Assembly (NCBI GenBank): GCA_045603965.1
Contig: JAZUND010000019.1
Span: 312 to 64,311, forward strand
Reading direction: 5' to 3'
From: Candidatus Nanosyncoccus sp.
GTDB taxonomy: Bacteria; Patescibacteriota; Saccharimonadia; Saccharimonadales; Saccharimonadaceae
Length of the DNA: 64,000 nt
Positions 1 to 8,203 of the stretch are shown piece by piece; the first letter of the stretch is position 1; each line of letters opens with the position of its first letter. The position numbers and the translations under genes were made by a program. The notes beneath the pieces were generated by a model. That model saw nothing but the letters and a program-made list of their open reading frames with translations, made no database searches and had not been told where the DNA came from.

Positions 1-274
1 CGAAATCTCGTTCCGTAAGCCGCGAATCGTATTGCACAGGATAATCCTTTATCCCCATCTCCATCAAAGCAATCCGGCAAGTTTCCTTCGCCCTTTCATA
101 AGGCGAACAATAAATCGCATCAAACCGCACACCAGCCTTTTTCAATCTCCGGCCAGCGTCCGCCGCCTGTACTCGACCCAAGGCAATCAACGGTTCCTTT
201 GAATCATCATAAAAATAATCCTTCGTATTACAAACCGCTCTGCCATGTCTCACATAATACAATGTGGTAGCCAT
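1..274 (-). CDS. Histidine phosphatase (PGM/GpmB-like) family protein, 5' part; runs off the left edge
   Basis: Manual translation from ATG 274: MATTLYYVRHGRAVCN...FDAIYCSPYERAKETC...DSRLTERDF, with the RHG motif, SPxxRA and L-x-E. SD AAAGGAG upstream. Not in the ORF track because it is truncated. Confidence 0.85.
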   Translation of the reverse strand, partial: MATTLYYVRHGRAVCNTKDYFYDDSKEPLIALGRVQAADAGRRLKKAGVRFDAIYCSPYERAKETCRIALMEMGIKDYPVQYDSRLTERDF

Positions 275-324
275 CTCTTTAAACTCTCCTTTCTTAAGGT
301 ACAAAAACCACCCTCTATAACTTC

Positions 325-353
325 ATTATATCACACTTTGGCATTTTTGTCAA
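325..353 (-). promoter_or_regulatory. Consensus sigma70 promoter for the histidine phosphatase gene
   Basis: - strand TTGACA-17 nt-TATAAT with extended TG, starting 11 nt after the lepA-fragment stop. Confidence 0.8.
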
Positions 354-363
354 TATAAACACT

Positions 364-912
364 CTAGGCTACCTTCCTTGGTGCCGGACCTCTCTCTACC
401 ACCGCATCCAGTATTCTCTCAATGTTTAGTCCGGTTTTTGCTGATACTCCAATAATATCTTCTCTTGCACATCCGAGCAAATTCATTATCTGTGCCGCCA
501 CGCCCTCAACATCTGCCGCTGGCAAGTCAATTTTATTTATCACCGGAATAATGGTCAGATCCTGTTCGATAGCCAAATATACATTCGCAAGTGTTTGCGC
601 CTGAATCCCCTGCGTGGCATCTACCACTAATACCGCCGATTCCACCGCCTGCAACGACCTCGACACCTCGTACGAAAAATCCACGTGTCCCGGTGTATCA
701 ATCAAATTCAAAGTATATCCCTTCCACTGCATCGTCACCGGTGTCAGCTTAATTGTGATACCCTTCTCACGCTCAAGTTCCATCGAATCAAGCAGCTGCT
801 CTTTCATCTCCCGCTTCTCTACCGTCCCCGTAAGTTCCATCATCCGATCAGCGATAGTCGACTTTCCGTGGTCAATATGTGCAATAATACAAAAATTTCT
901 AATCTTTTCCAT
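364..912 (-). pseudogene. lepA: Elongation factor 4 (LepA), N-terminal G domain only (182 aa): truncated or split gene
   Basis: [53 protein letters not shown]. Stops at GPAPRKVA*, where domain II normally starts. Confidence 0.85.
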
Positions 913-965
913 CTCTTATATTATATCAAAAAACTCCCCTTATGGAGAGTTTTCTGTTAAAACGT

Positions 966-3143
966 CTATTTCTCTACCCCAATCATGCTAAGTGACAGCT
1001 TCCCGTTATCTATCGCAACCAACCTCACACGTACTTTGTCACCCACATGGAGCACTTCTTCCACCTTCTTGAGTCGTCGGCCTTCCACAATTTGTGAAAT
1101 ATGAAGCATCCCGTCCACTCCTGGCATAATATTCACAAACGCGCCAAAATCCTTAATCGTCACCACCGTACCATTATAAATCTTCCCTACTTCCGGCTCT
1201 TCTACAAGTCCTTTAATCCATTCCACTGCCTTCGCAATTTTCTCTGGATCGTTACCAGATACCGTAACGAGACCCGAATCATCAATATCTACCCCAGCAC
1301 CAGTCTCAGTTGTAATCTTATTGATCGTCTCGCCACCCTTACCAATAATCATCCCGATTTTTTCTGGCTTCACCATAATCTTTTCAATCTGTGGCGCATA
1401 TTTTGAAATCTCCGCTCGTGGCTTATCAATCACTTCAAGAATATGTTTTAAGATGAACATTCTCCCCTCATGCGACTGTTTCAAAGCCTTTTCCATAATC
1501 TCCACTGGAAGCCCATGCACTTTCATATCCATCTGCAATGCCGTAATACCTTCCGTAGTACCAGTCACTTTGAAATCCATATCACCCGCAAAATCTTCCG
1601 CGTCCATAAGATCTGTCAGTACATAAGCTTTATCAATATCCGTAGCCTCAATTGGCGTCCCCTTTGGCACATCCACCATCAGCCCCATCGCCACACCAGA
1701 CACTGGCCGCTTCAACGGCACACCAGCATCCATGAGCGCCATACACGATGAACAAGTCGCCGCCATCGAAGTAGAACCATTCTGTGACATAATCTCCGTC
1801 ACCGAACGAATCGCATAAGGGAATTCTTCCTCAGAAGGAAGCACTGGCAGAAGCGCCCTCTCCGCCAAATATCCATGACCAATCTCCCGACGTCCCGGTG
1901 AACCAATCCGTCCAGGTTCACCCACCGTATAGGATGGCGCATTGTAATGATGCATATAACGACGTTTACCATCAGTTACTTCCATCGTATCCACCTCTTG
2001 CGCATAAGACAAAGGTGCCAAAGTCACGATATTCATTGCTTGCGTTACGCCACGCGTAAAGAGTGACGAACCATGCGCTCTCGGCAAAATCGAAACCTGT
2101 GACGACAGGGGTCTCACTTCTGTGAGTTTCCGACCATCCGGCCGTACACCTTCCTCCAAAATCCCCCGCCTTACTTCCTTATGTACAGCCAGCTCAAACG
2201 CCTGGTCATATACATCACGCAAATTCTCATCGTACCATTCTACCTTCTCATTATCAGTTTCACCCTCGCCGTGCTTCAGCGCCATCTCGTCGTGCATTGC
2301 ATACTTAATATCGTCAAGCACATGCGCTCTTTCCATCACGTTACCACGGATTTTCGAGCCAAACTTTCCCGCCGTCCATTCAGCCACTTCTTCCATCACT
2401 GCCTCATCAGGCAACACCAACTCATACTCCTGCGGTGTAGCTGCCACCTGTCGCGACAACTCTCTTTGCAAATCAAGCACCGGTTGCACATTCGCCACTG
2501 CCCAATGCATCGCTTCAATAATAGTTTCCTCTGGTACTTCTCTCGCACCAGCTTCCACCATCATCACCTTGCCATCCTTACAGGCCACCACGAGATCGAG
2601 TGGCGAAATCTCGCGTTCTTCTGGCGACAAAAAGCCTTTAAACTCACCACCAATTCTACCAATTCTTATCCCCGCCACTGGTCCATCAAATGGCACCCCG
2701 GCATTCATGAGAGCCGAAGAAGCCGCAATCATCGCCACACAATCTGGCCTAAACGATGGGTCCATCGAAAGCACCGTGCAGACTACCTGAATTTCCTGCC
2801 GGTAGCCCTTTGGAAACAAAGGGCGAATTGGCCGGTCAATTAGCCTCCCCACCAGCACTGCTTCATCCGCCGGCTTTCCCTCGCGTTTGATAAAGCGCGA
2901 AGACGAAATCTTTCCAGCCGCGTAATACTTCTCTTCATAATCAATAGAAAGCGGGAAGAAATCCTGCACCACTGGCTTCGTTCCCACTACCACCGACCCT
3001 AGCACCACGGTGTCGCCATAAGTTACGAGTACCGACGAAGTTGTCCTAAAACCCACTCGGTTGACTTCAAGCGTCAACTTACGTCCTAACCACTCCGTAG
3101 AAACCTGTATGGTTTTCTTACCGTTAGGATTAATAATATCCAT
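966..3143 (-). CDS. pnp: Polyribonucleotide nucleotidyltransferase (PNPase)
   Basis: RLIDRPIRPLFP, RPDGR, HGSSLFTRG, RREIGHG, NGSTSMA, GDMDFKV, KH and S1 domains. Confidence 0.97.
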   Translation of the reverse strand: MDIINPNGKKTIQVSTEWLGRKLTLEVNRVGFRTTSSVLVTYGDTVVLGSVVVGTKPVVQDFFPLSIDYEEKYYAAGKISSSRFIKREGKPADEAVLVGRLIDRPIRPLFPKGYRQEIQVVCTVLSMDPSFRPDCVAMIAASSALMNAGVPFDGPVAGIRIGRIGGEFKGFLSPEEREISPLDLVVACKDGKVMMVEAGAREVPEETIIEAMHWAVANVQPVLDLQRELSRQVAATPQEYELVLPDEAVMEEVAEWTAGKFGSKIRGNVMERAHVLDDIKYAMHDEMALKHGEGETDNEKVEWYDENLRDVYDQAFELAVHKEVRRGILEEGVRPDGRKLTEVRPLSSQVSILPRAHGSSLFTRGVTQAMNIVTLAPLSYAQEVDTMEVTDGKRRYMHHYNAPSYTVGEPGRIGSPGRREIGHGYLAERALLPVLPSEEEFPYAIRSVTEIMSQNGSTSMAATCSSCMALMDAGVPLKRPVSGVAMGLMVDVPKGTPIEATDIDKAYVLTDLMDAEDFAGDMDFKVTGTTEGITALQMDMKVHGLPVEIMEKALKQSHEGRMFILKHILEVIDKPRAEISKYAPQIEKIMVKPEKIGMIIGKGGETINKITTETGAGVDIDDSGLVTVSGNDPEKIAKAVEWIKGLVEEPEVGKIYNGTVVTIKDFGAFVNIMPGVDGMLHISQIVEGRRLKKVEEVLHVGDKVRVRLVAIDNGKLSLSMIGVEK

Positions 3144-3159
3144 AAAAATATCCTTTCTC

Positions 3160-3331
3160 GGGAAAACATCAGATACAGCCAGCCAAATCTGCTAATTATA
3201 CCCTGCCGAGGACCCTTTGCGACTAACGAGGAGCAACGGAGCAACCGAGCCCCATAACGATGGGCGCGAGGGAGCGCGTCCGAGGTGGGCATAATTAGCA
3301 GATTTAGCCACGTTATATCTGCCGTCTTCCC
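3160..3331 (-). promoter_or_regulatory. Long 5'-UTR hairpin of pnp (candidate RNase III/PNPase autoregulatory stem)
   Basis: Perfect 15-bp inverted repeat 3185-3199/3291-3305 plus outer pairing 3160-3184/3306-3331. The -10 (TG-G-TATAAT) is at 3350-3355. Confidence 0.6.
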
Positions 3332-3362
3332 TTTGTTAATGTTATCTTAATTATACCAAAGG

Positions 3363-3391
3363 TTGACTTTTTTGCCAAACTGTGCTATAAT
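3363..3391 (+). promoter_or_regulatory. Sigma70 promoter of orphan gene 3425-3748
   Basis: TTGACT-17 nt-TATAAT with extended TG. Confidence 0.75.
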
Positions 3392-3424
3392 AAGAGTAAG
3401 TTAGTCATTAAGGGGGGTAATAAA

Positions 3425-3748
3425 TTGATTAACATCATCCATAGCGAGACCCATTACAACGATAAGCGCAAAATTACCGCTATCGAGGTCAAGCTCAAGT
3501 ACTTTAAGAACGGAAATCAGGACACCGTGACCGATCATTCCTTAGTAACCACCGTTTCAGCGGCTTTTTACAAGACTACACTTCTTACCGACTCCGGGAG
3601 ATCTCTGAACACGTCCATAAATCCCAACCGCAGCGACATCGTCAATCTTGTCATTTTTCTCAAGAAAGACAACGACCTCACCTTTGTGGATGTTGGTCGT
3701 TTTCTCGACGCACTTCAAAAAGCCCTTGATGAAACCCCACTGTTCTAG
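3425..3748 (+). CDS. Hypothetical protein (107 aa), orphan cassette between pnp and rpsO
   Basis: TTG start, G-rich SD (AAGGGGGG), own promoter and downstream hairpin. Confidence 0.65.
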   Translation: MINIIHSETHYNDKRKITAIEVKLKYFKNGNQDTVTDHSLVTTVSAAFYKTTLLTDSGRSLNTSINPNRSDIVNLVIFLKKDNDLTFVDVGRFLDALQKALDETPLF

Positions 3749-3766
3749 CTCTGATTTTCGCACCAA

Positions 3767-3790
3767 AAACCCGCCATAACAGGCGGGTTT
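3767..3790. terminator. Bidirectional intrinsic terminator
   Basis: AAACCCGCC/GGCGGGTTT hairpin between convergent 3425-3748 and rpsO. Confidence 0.7.
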
Positions 3791-3818
3791 CTTCATATCA
3801 GGCATATTTTGCCAAAAT

Positions 3819-4085
3819 TTATTTCCTAAGTCCGAGCTTGGCAACAGTCTTCTTATATAGCTCAAAATCAGTCGTCTCAAGATATTTGAGAAGCTTCTTC
3901 CGCTTCCCAACCATCTGCATTAGACCTCTTTTAGCCATAAAGTCATGTTTATTATTCTTCACGTGCTCAGTCACTTCTTTGATGCGCTCCGTAAGAATAG
4001 CCACTTGAACTTCAGGAGAACCAACATCGTTCTTATTACGAGCGACCTTGGCAATAGCTTTATCCTTATTCTCTTTTGTTATCAT
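3819..4085 (-). CDS. rpsO: 30S ribosomal protein S15
   Basis: DVGSPEVQVAILTERI, HKHDF..KRGLMQMVGKRKKLLKYL, LGLRK. Confidence 0.97.
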   Translation of the reverse strand: MITKENKDKAIAKVARNKNDVGSPEVQVAILTERIKEVTEHVKNNKHDFMAKRGLMQMVGKRKKLLKYLETTDFELYKKTVAKLGLRK

Positions 4086-4151
4086 AGTAGACCCATTATA
4101 TCATCTCAAAGGCAAAAAGTAAACCCCCGCCTAAACGACGGGGGCTCAATA

Positions 4152-5153
4152 CTAATTCTCATAGATTTTTGTTCTTGGGGCAATTTCGTCGCCAGGCATT
4201 CCACCACGCTCATATGATTTGATGAATTTCCTTATCGGGATTTTTCTGCCTTTTCCAGTCCAATACGTCCTATAATGCCCAACTACCGCGTGCCTTCCTG
4301 GTGTCCTATGACTACCATTTTGCATTACGATTTCAACCTGACGGTCATCTGGCGGGATCAACCCATCAATGACAAATGCTGCGCCGGGGCCAGCGATATT
4401 TTCCTTTTCGCTACTCGTGAAAACTGTCTTCTCTTCAAGGATTTTATCACCAGAGACATACCCTGCCCTTTTATCGGTACTATCCACACCAAGTTTGACC
4501 TTCTTTACCTTAATTACTTCCGGACGACAATTATAAGTTGCTAAAAACAGAAACGCATGCCAGAAAAGGTTAATAAAATAAAGCGAATATGCATCATAAG
4601 CATATTCAGTCATACGCTTGCTTGACAAAGACACCATAGTATCATCATTAATCGGAAAATAATATGGTATCCCGTCCGCAATAGTCACTACATCGTATCT
4701 ACCTTCCCTCTTACAGACTATGTAGGCTATGCTGTGTCCATCATCCCTCGGATCGTCCAAATCCATCACTATCATCATCGCAGGAAACGGTAATTCAAGT
4801 TTCTCAAAAACAGGTCGCTCATGAATATAATTCTTAGTATAGCCATGTGCCACTGACTTCTTTACCACATATGTAATCCGCTCCTTCATCCATTCTCGCA
4901 AATTGCATTCCGCAAAAATGCAGGCTTCTATCTGATAAGTTTCCTCAGCAGATTTGCCGTAATCCCTACGGTATTTCTTTACATATTCGCCAATTGTCAT
5001 TCCGTGCCTTGCCGCGTCCATCGCGTAGTCATAATTACCATTGCCCGCTAAAATCTCCGCAAGAAAAGGAGTTGCACGAACAATTTTCATCCCTACCGAA
5101 TTTTCGGCGCCCACAACCTTTTTCTTGTTCCGACGGATTTCATTTTTCTTCAA
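4152..5153 (-). CDS. Hypothetical protein (333 aa), orphan cassette between truB and rpsO
   Basis: Long ORF with TTG start and SD AAAGGAG; promoter TTGACA-17-TATAAT at 5221-5249; CCCCCG/CGGGGG hairpin after the stop. Confidence 0.75.
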   Translation of the reverse strand: MKKNEIRRNKKKVVGAENSVGMKIVRATPFLAEILAGNGNYDYAMDAARHGMTIGEYVKKYRRDYGKSAEETYQIEACIFAECNLREWMKERITYVVKKSVAHGYTKNYIHERPVFEKLELPFPAMMIVMDLDDPRDDGHSIAYIVCKREGRYDVVTIADGIPYYFPINDDTMVSLSSKRMTEYAYDAYSLYFINLFWHAFLFLATYNCRPEVIKVKKVKLGVDSTDKRAGYVSGDKILEEKTVFTSSEKENIAGPGAAFVIDGLIPPDDRQVEIVMQNGSHRTPGRHAVVGHYRTYWTGKGRKIPIRKFIKSYERGGMPGDEIAPRTKIYEN

Positions 5154-5292
5154 CAGTCAAATCACTCCTTTCAAAATCTACAAAAACTCTTAAAAACCTA
5201 GCCGAAACGGCTCTACTATAATTATAGCACGCATATTGCATTTTGTCAATAGATGCCATTTACGATACGAAAAAATATGTTATAATAATGCA

Positions 5293-5976
5293 ATGAACGA
5301 AAACCAAATCATCTTAGTTGATAAACCCGCCGGCCTTTCTAGTTTCGGCGTCGTCGCCAAAGTCCGCGCTTATTTACGAGACGAATTCGGCCACAAAGTC
5401 AAAGTCGGCCACACCGGCACCCTGGACCCCTTCGCCACCGGCCTCCTCATCCTCCTCTCCGGTAAAATGACCAAGCGCTCCAACGAATTTCTAAAAAAAG
5501 ACAAAATCTATGAAGCCACATTAAAACTCGGCTGCACTTCCACCACCGGTGACCCAGAAGGACAAATCACACAAATTAATGATATCATCCCAAATCTAAA
5601 TCAAATTCAAAATATAACCAAAAAATTCATCGGTGTTATCAAACAAAAAGTTCCCACTTTCAGCGCTGTAAAAATTAACGGCGAAAGAGCTTACAAACTC
5701 GCCCGCGCCGGTAAAGTTTTCGAAACTCCAGAAAGAGCAATCACTATATATAATATAGAAATTTTAGAATATAGTTACCCCGAGCTCAAAATCCGTGTCC
5801 ATTGCAGCTCCGGCACCTACATCCGCACCCTCGCCGAGGACATCGGCAAGAGCCTCGGCACCGGCGCCTACCTCACTTCTCTCCGCCGCCTCCAAATCGG
5901 CGACTACGACCTCACCTCCGCCCACCCCCTCTCCGACTTCATCCCAAATTCCCCTGTTGACAACCATAAACACTAG
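5293..5976 (+). CDS. truB: tRNA pseudouridine(55) synthase TruB
   Basis: VDKPAGLSS, KVGHTGTLDPFATGLL, PTFSAVKINGERAYKLAR, CSSGTYIRTLAED. Start moved to ATG 5293, 6 nt after TATAAT (leaderless). Confidence 0.95.
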   Translation: MNENQIILVDKPAGLSSFGVVAKVRAYLRDEFGHKVKVGHTGTLDPFATGLLILLSGKMTKRSNEFLKKDKIYEATLKLGCTSTTGDPEGQITQINDIIPNLNQIQNITKKFIGVIKQKVPTFSAVKINGERAYKLARAGKVFETPERAITIYNIEILEYSYPELKIRVHCSSGTYIRTLAEDIGKSLGTGAYLTSLRRLQIGDYDLTSAHPLSDFIPNSPVDNHKH

Positions 5977-5985
5977 AAGTATAAT
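5957..5985 (+). promoter_or_regulatory. Perfect sigma70 promoter with no downstream + strand gene
   Basis: TTGACA(5957-5962)-17 nt-TATAAT(5980-5985), overlapping the truB stop. Confidence 0.75.
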
Positions 5986-5990
5986 TACAT

Positions 5991-6065
5991 TAACGGATAA
6001 GCCCTAGCTACTTATCCAAAATTGAGTTGCGGAATTACCATTCTACCCGAATGGTAATTTCTTTC
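5991..6065 (+). ncRNA. Candidate short antisense RNA
   Basis: Follows the perfect promoter. Hairpin GGATAAG/CTTATCC, then terminator-like AATTACCATTC/GAATGGTAATT plus U's. Complementary to the 3' end of small ORF 6035-6109. Confidence 0.5.
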
Positions 6066-6109
6066 CTAAATAATCGCACTGCTAGTGCGAAAACAAACCG
6101 TCTTCTCAT
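6035..6109 (-). CDS. Small protein, 24 aa (MRRRFVFALAVRLFRKEITIRVEW)
   Basis: Strong SD AGGAGG 10 nt before the ATG; promoter TTGCAA-18-TATAAT at 6270-6299; about 150-nt structured leader. Confidence 0.55.
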   Translation of the reverse strand: MRRRFVFALAVRLFRKEITIRVEW

Positions 6110-6386
6110 TTGCAGTACTCCTCCTATTAATTAACTTAATAAATAATTGGAGGCTTAACGACCATAATCACGACTAGGATAGATTATATAAAGCCTCCTC
6201 GCGATAATTAGCGTGCGAGACCCACGCCCAGACTTTATACTAGATTAGAAACTCCGCCAACCCGCGCATATTATATGCACGCTCCACTCACCATTGCAAC
6301 CCCCTACCTCCAAAAACTTAGGCATAACCACAAACCAAATTAGCAAAAACATATTGTTTCTTGCAATCACACCGTACAAAACACAC

Positions 6387-7340
6387 TTATTTCTTTGCAA
6401 CGGCACTCAGCACATAATGCCCACTATCTTTCACGAATGTCATAGCGTAAACCGGTATTCTTCCGACAAAATTACCAATCAAATCACGCATGTTATACTG
6501 ATCAATCGAACTCACTATTCCACCAGGAAATTCAATATTCAAACAATACCCATCATTCTCATTTGCACCACATGTAGGAACAGTATCATGATAAACTCCC
6601 ACAATCACATTTTCGCCATCGTATCTGGCACTCTCCACCACATCAAACATAGCAGTACCCGCACCGCCAATACCACTACTCACGACCTCAAATGTTTCAT
6701 AACCATCACTGGCTCTATTTTTATACAAAAACTTCACATTCTGTGCTTGATAATCCTTTTTCTCTATATTCTCGCCACTACCAAATAAATTCTTATATTC
6801 GCTGTTAATTTCATTATAGGAGACTTCCGGATTTTCGCCACTTCCTGAACCAAACAACTCACGCTCTAAATTTCGGTACGCAAGATAAACTTTAGTATCT
6901 TCGCTAAAACCAAGATTAAGAATATTATTATAATAGCCAATCATTTTGATGTACGGATTGATTAAATTCTGCGCTAAGCCATTATCAATATGATTATCGG
7001 CGATATTTATTATGGCTTCATCTTCTGTTGGTCCTTTTTCCTCACTTAGCTTCCCCGCCAGCTCCTCATTTTGTTTTTTCAGTTCATCCACCTGCTGATT
7101 TGCAACATCCACTTTCTTGTTCGCATCCGCCACCTGATTATTCCCGTCAAGCATCGCCCACACGCCAAATCCAATCCCACCAAGCGCCACAATCGCTAGC
7201 ACAATCAAGCCAATTAGCATTCCACTATTCTTCGTCTTCATGTCTTTTGTCATTGCGCCACCCTCATCATTTCCTGTTGTGTTCGCATTTACCGTTTCCA
7301 TCGTTTCACCACTATTTATTTTTTTATCTCCAGTTTCCAT
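6387..7340 (-). CDS. Single-pass membrane-anchored surface protein with coiled coil, unknown function
   Basis: Hydrophobic helix GMLIGLIVLAIVALGGIGFGVWAM followed by heptad repeats; SD AGAAAGG. Confidence 0.8.
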   Translation of the reverse strand: METGDKKINSGETMETVNANTTGNDEGGAMTKDMKTKNSGMLIGLIVLAIVALGGIGFGVWAMLDGNNQVADANKKVDVANQQVDELKKQNEELAGKLSEEKGPTEDEAIINIADNHIDNGLAQNLINPYIKMIGYYNNILNLGFSEDTKVYLAYRNLERELFGSGSGENPEVSYNEINSEYKNLFGSGENIEKKDYQAQNVKFLYKNRASDGYETFEVVSSGIGGAGTAMFDVVESARYDGENVIVGVYHDTVPTCGANENDGYCLNIEFPGGIVSSIDQYNMRDLIGNFVGRIPVYAMTFVKDSGHYVLSAVAKK

Positions 7341-7403
7341 ACAAAACCTTTCTAATCAGACTTATTTTTTTATTATAATACCACAAGCCAAAACCATTAA
7401 TAC

Positions 7404-7546
7404 AAAAATGGCACCGCAAGGGTGAAACACTTTAATCACGACATCAAGGCTGACATACGTAATCAAGAACCTTCCGGTGCCAACATTCCGTACGTCAACA
7501 ATACTAAATAAAAGTACCTTGATTCTCAATGATTAAAGTGTTTCAC
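7404..7546 (-). ncRNA. Structured RNA family, copy 1 (about 143 nt)
   Basis: Promoter TTGCGG-17-TATAAT (7552-7580). 17-bp perfect stem 7530-7546/7422-7438. Conserved 3' end CACCCTTGCGGTGCCATTTTTG. Confidence 0.65.
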
Positions 7547-7594
7547 TTACCATTATATATTGAAAAAACATTCTCCGCAAGCTATAATTTAATT

Positions 7595-8203
7595 ATGTTA
7601 ATTACTGCCAGCCATTTAATCGGCACTCCAGTTCTCAGTATGCAAGCCGCCAGCGCCGTCGGCCAAGTCTCAGCCATCATCGTCGACCCCACCAGTTTTC
7701 AAATTATTGCCTTCTATCTAATCGGTCCCGGCATCGACAAGTCCACCAATATCTTAGACTCTAAATCCATCCGCGAATACTCTAGCTTAGGCATGGTCAT
7801 AGATTCCACCGACGAGCTCGTCGCTCCCACCGACGTCGTTAAAATCAGCAAGGCCATCGCACTAAATTTCAGCCTCATTGGTCTCAAAGTTGAGACCAAA
7901 AAAGGCTCCAAGCTTGGTCGCGTTATTGATTTTACCGTCACCAACGACAATTTCAGCATTCAGCAAATCATCGTCAAACGTCCACTCGTCAAAAGCTTTT
8001 CCGATCCAGAACTTACCATTCCTCGTCACGAAATCGCTGAAATCACCGACACTAAAGTTATCGTCAAAGACGAAGAGGACGTCATTCGCAAAAAAGCCGC
8101 CAAAGAAGATTTCATCCCAAATTTCGTTAATCCATTTCGGAAGTCAGAACAAGCTCACGCACCAGCTCATACGGAAACCCCTGCCGACATAGATATTGAA
8201 TAA
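7595..8203 (+). CDS. PRC-barrel domain protein
   Basis: Two PRC-barrel-like units (LIGTPV...VGQVSAIIVDP; LIGLKVETKKGSKLGRVIDF). Start moved to ATG 7595, 6 nt after TATAAT. Confidence 0.75.
   Translation: MLITASHLIGTPVLSMQAASAVGQVSAIIVDPTSFQIIAFYLIGPGIDKSTNILDSKSIREYSSLGMVIDSTDELVAPTDVVKISKAIALNFSLIGLKVETKKGSKLGRVIDFTVTNDNFSIQQIIVKRPLVKSFSDPELTIPRHEIAEITDTKVIVKDEEDVIRKKAAKEDFIPNFVNPFRKSEQAHAPAHTETPADIDIE

Noticed and set aside
8127-8203. 77-nt convergent overlap of recX with the PRC-barrel gene
   Set aside because: Tail-to-tail overlap of poorly conserved C-termini is common in compact genomes; a similar case is at 25004-25056.
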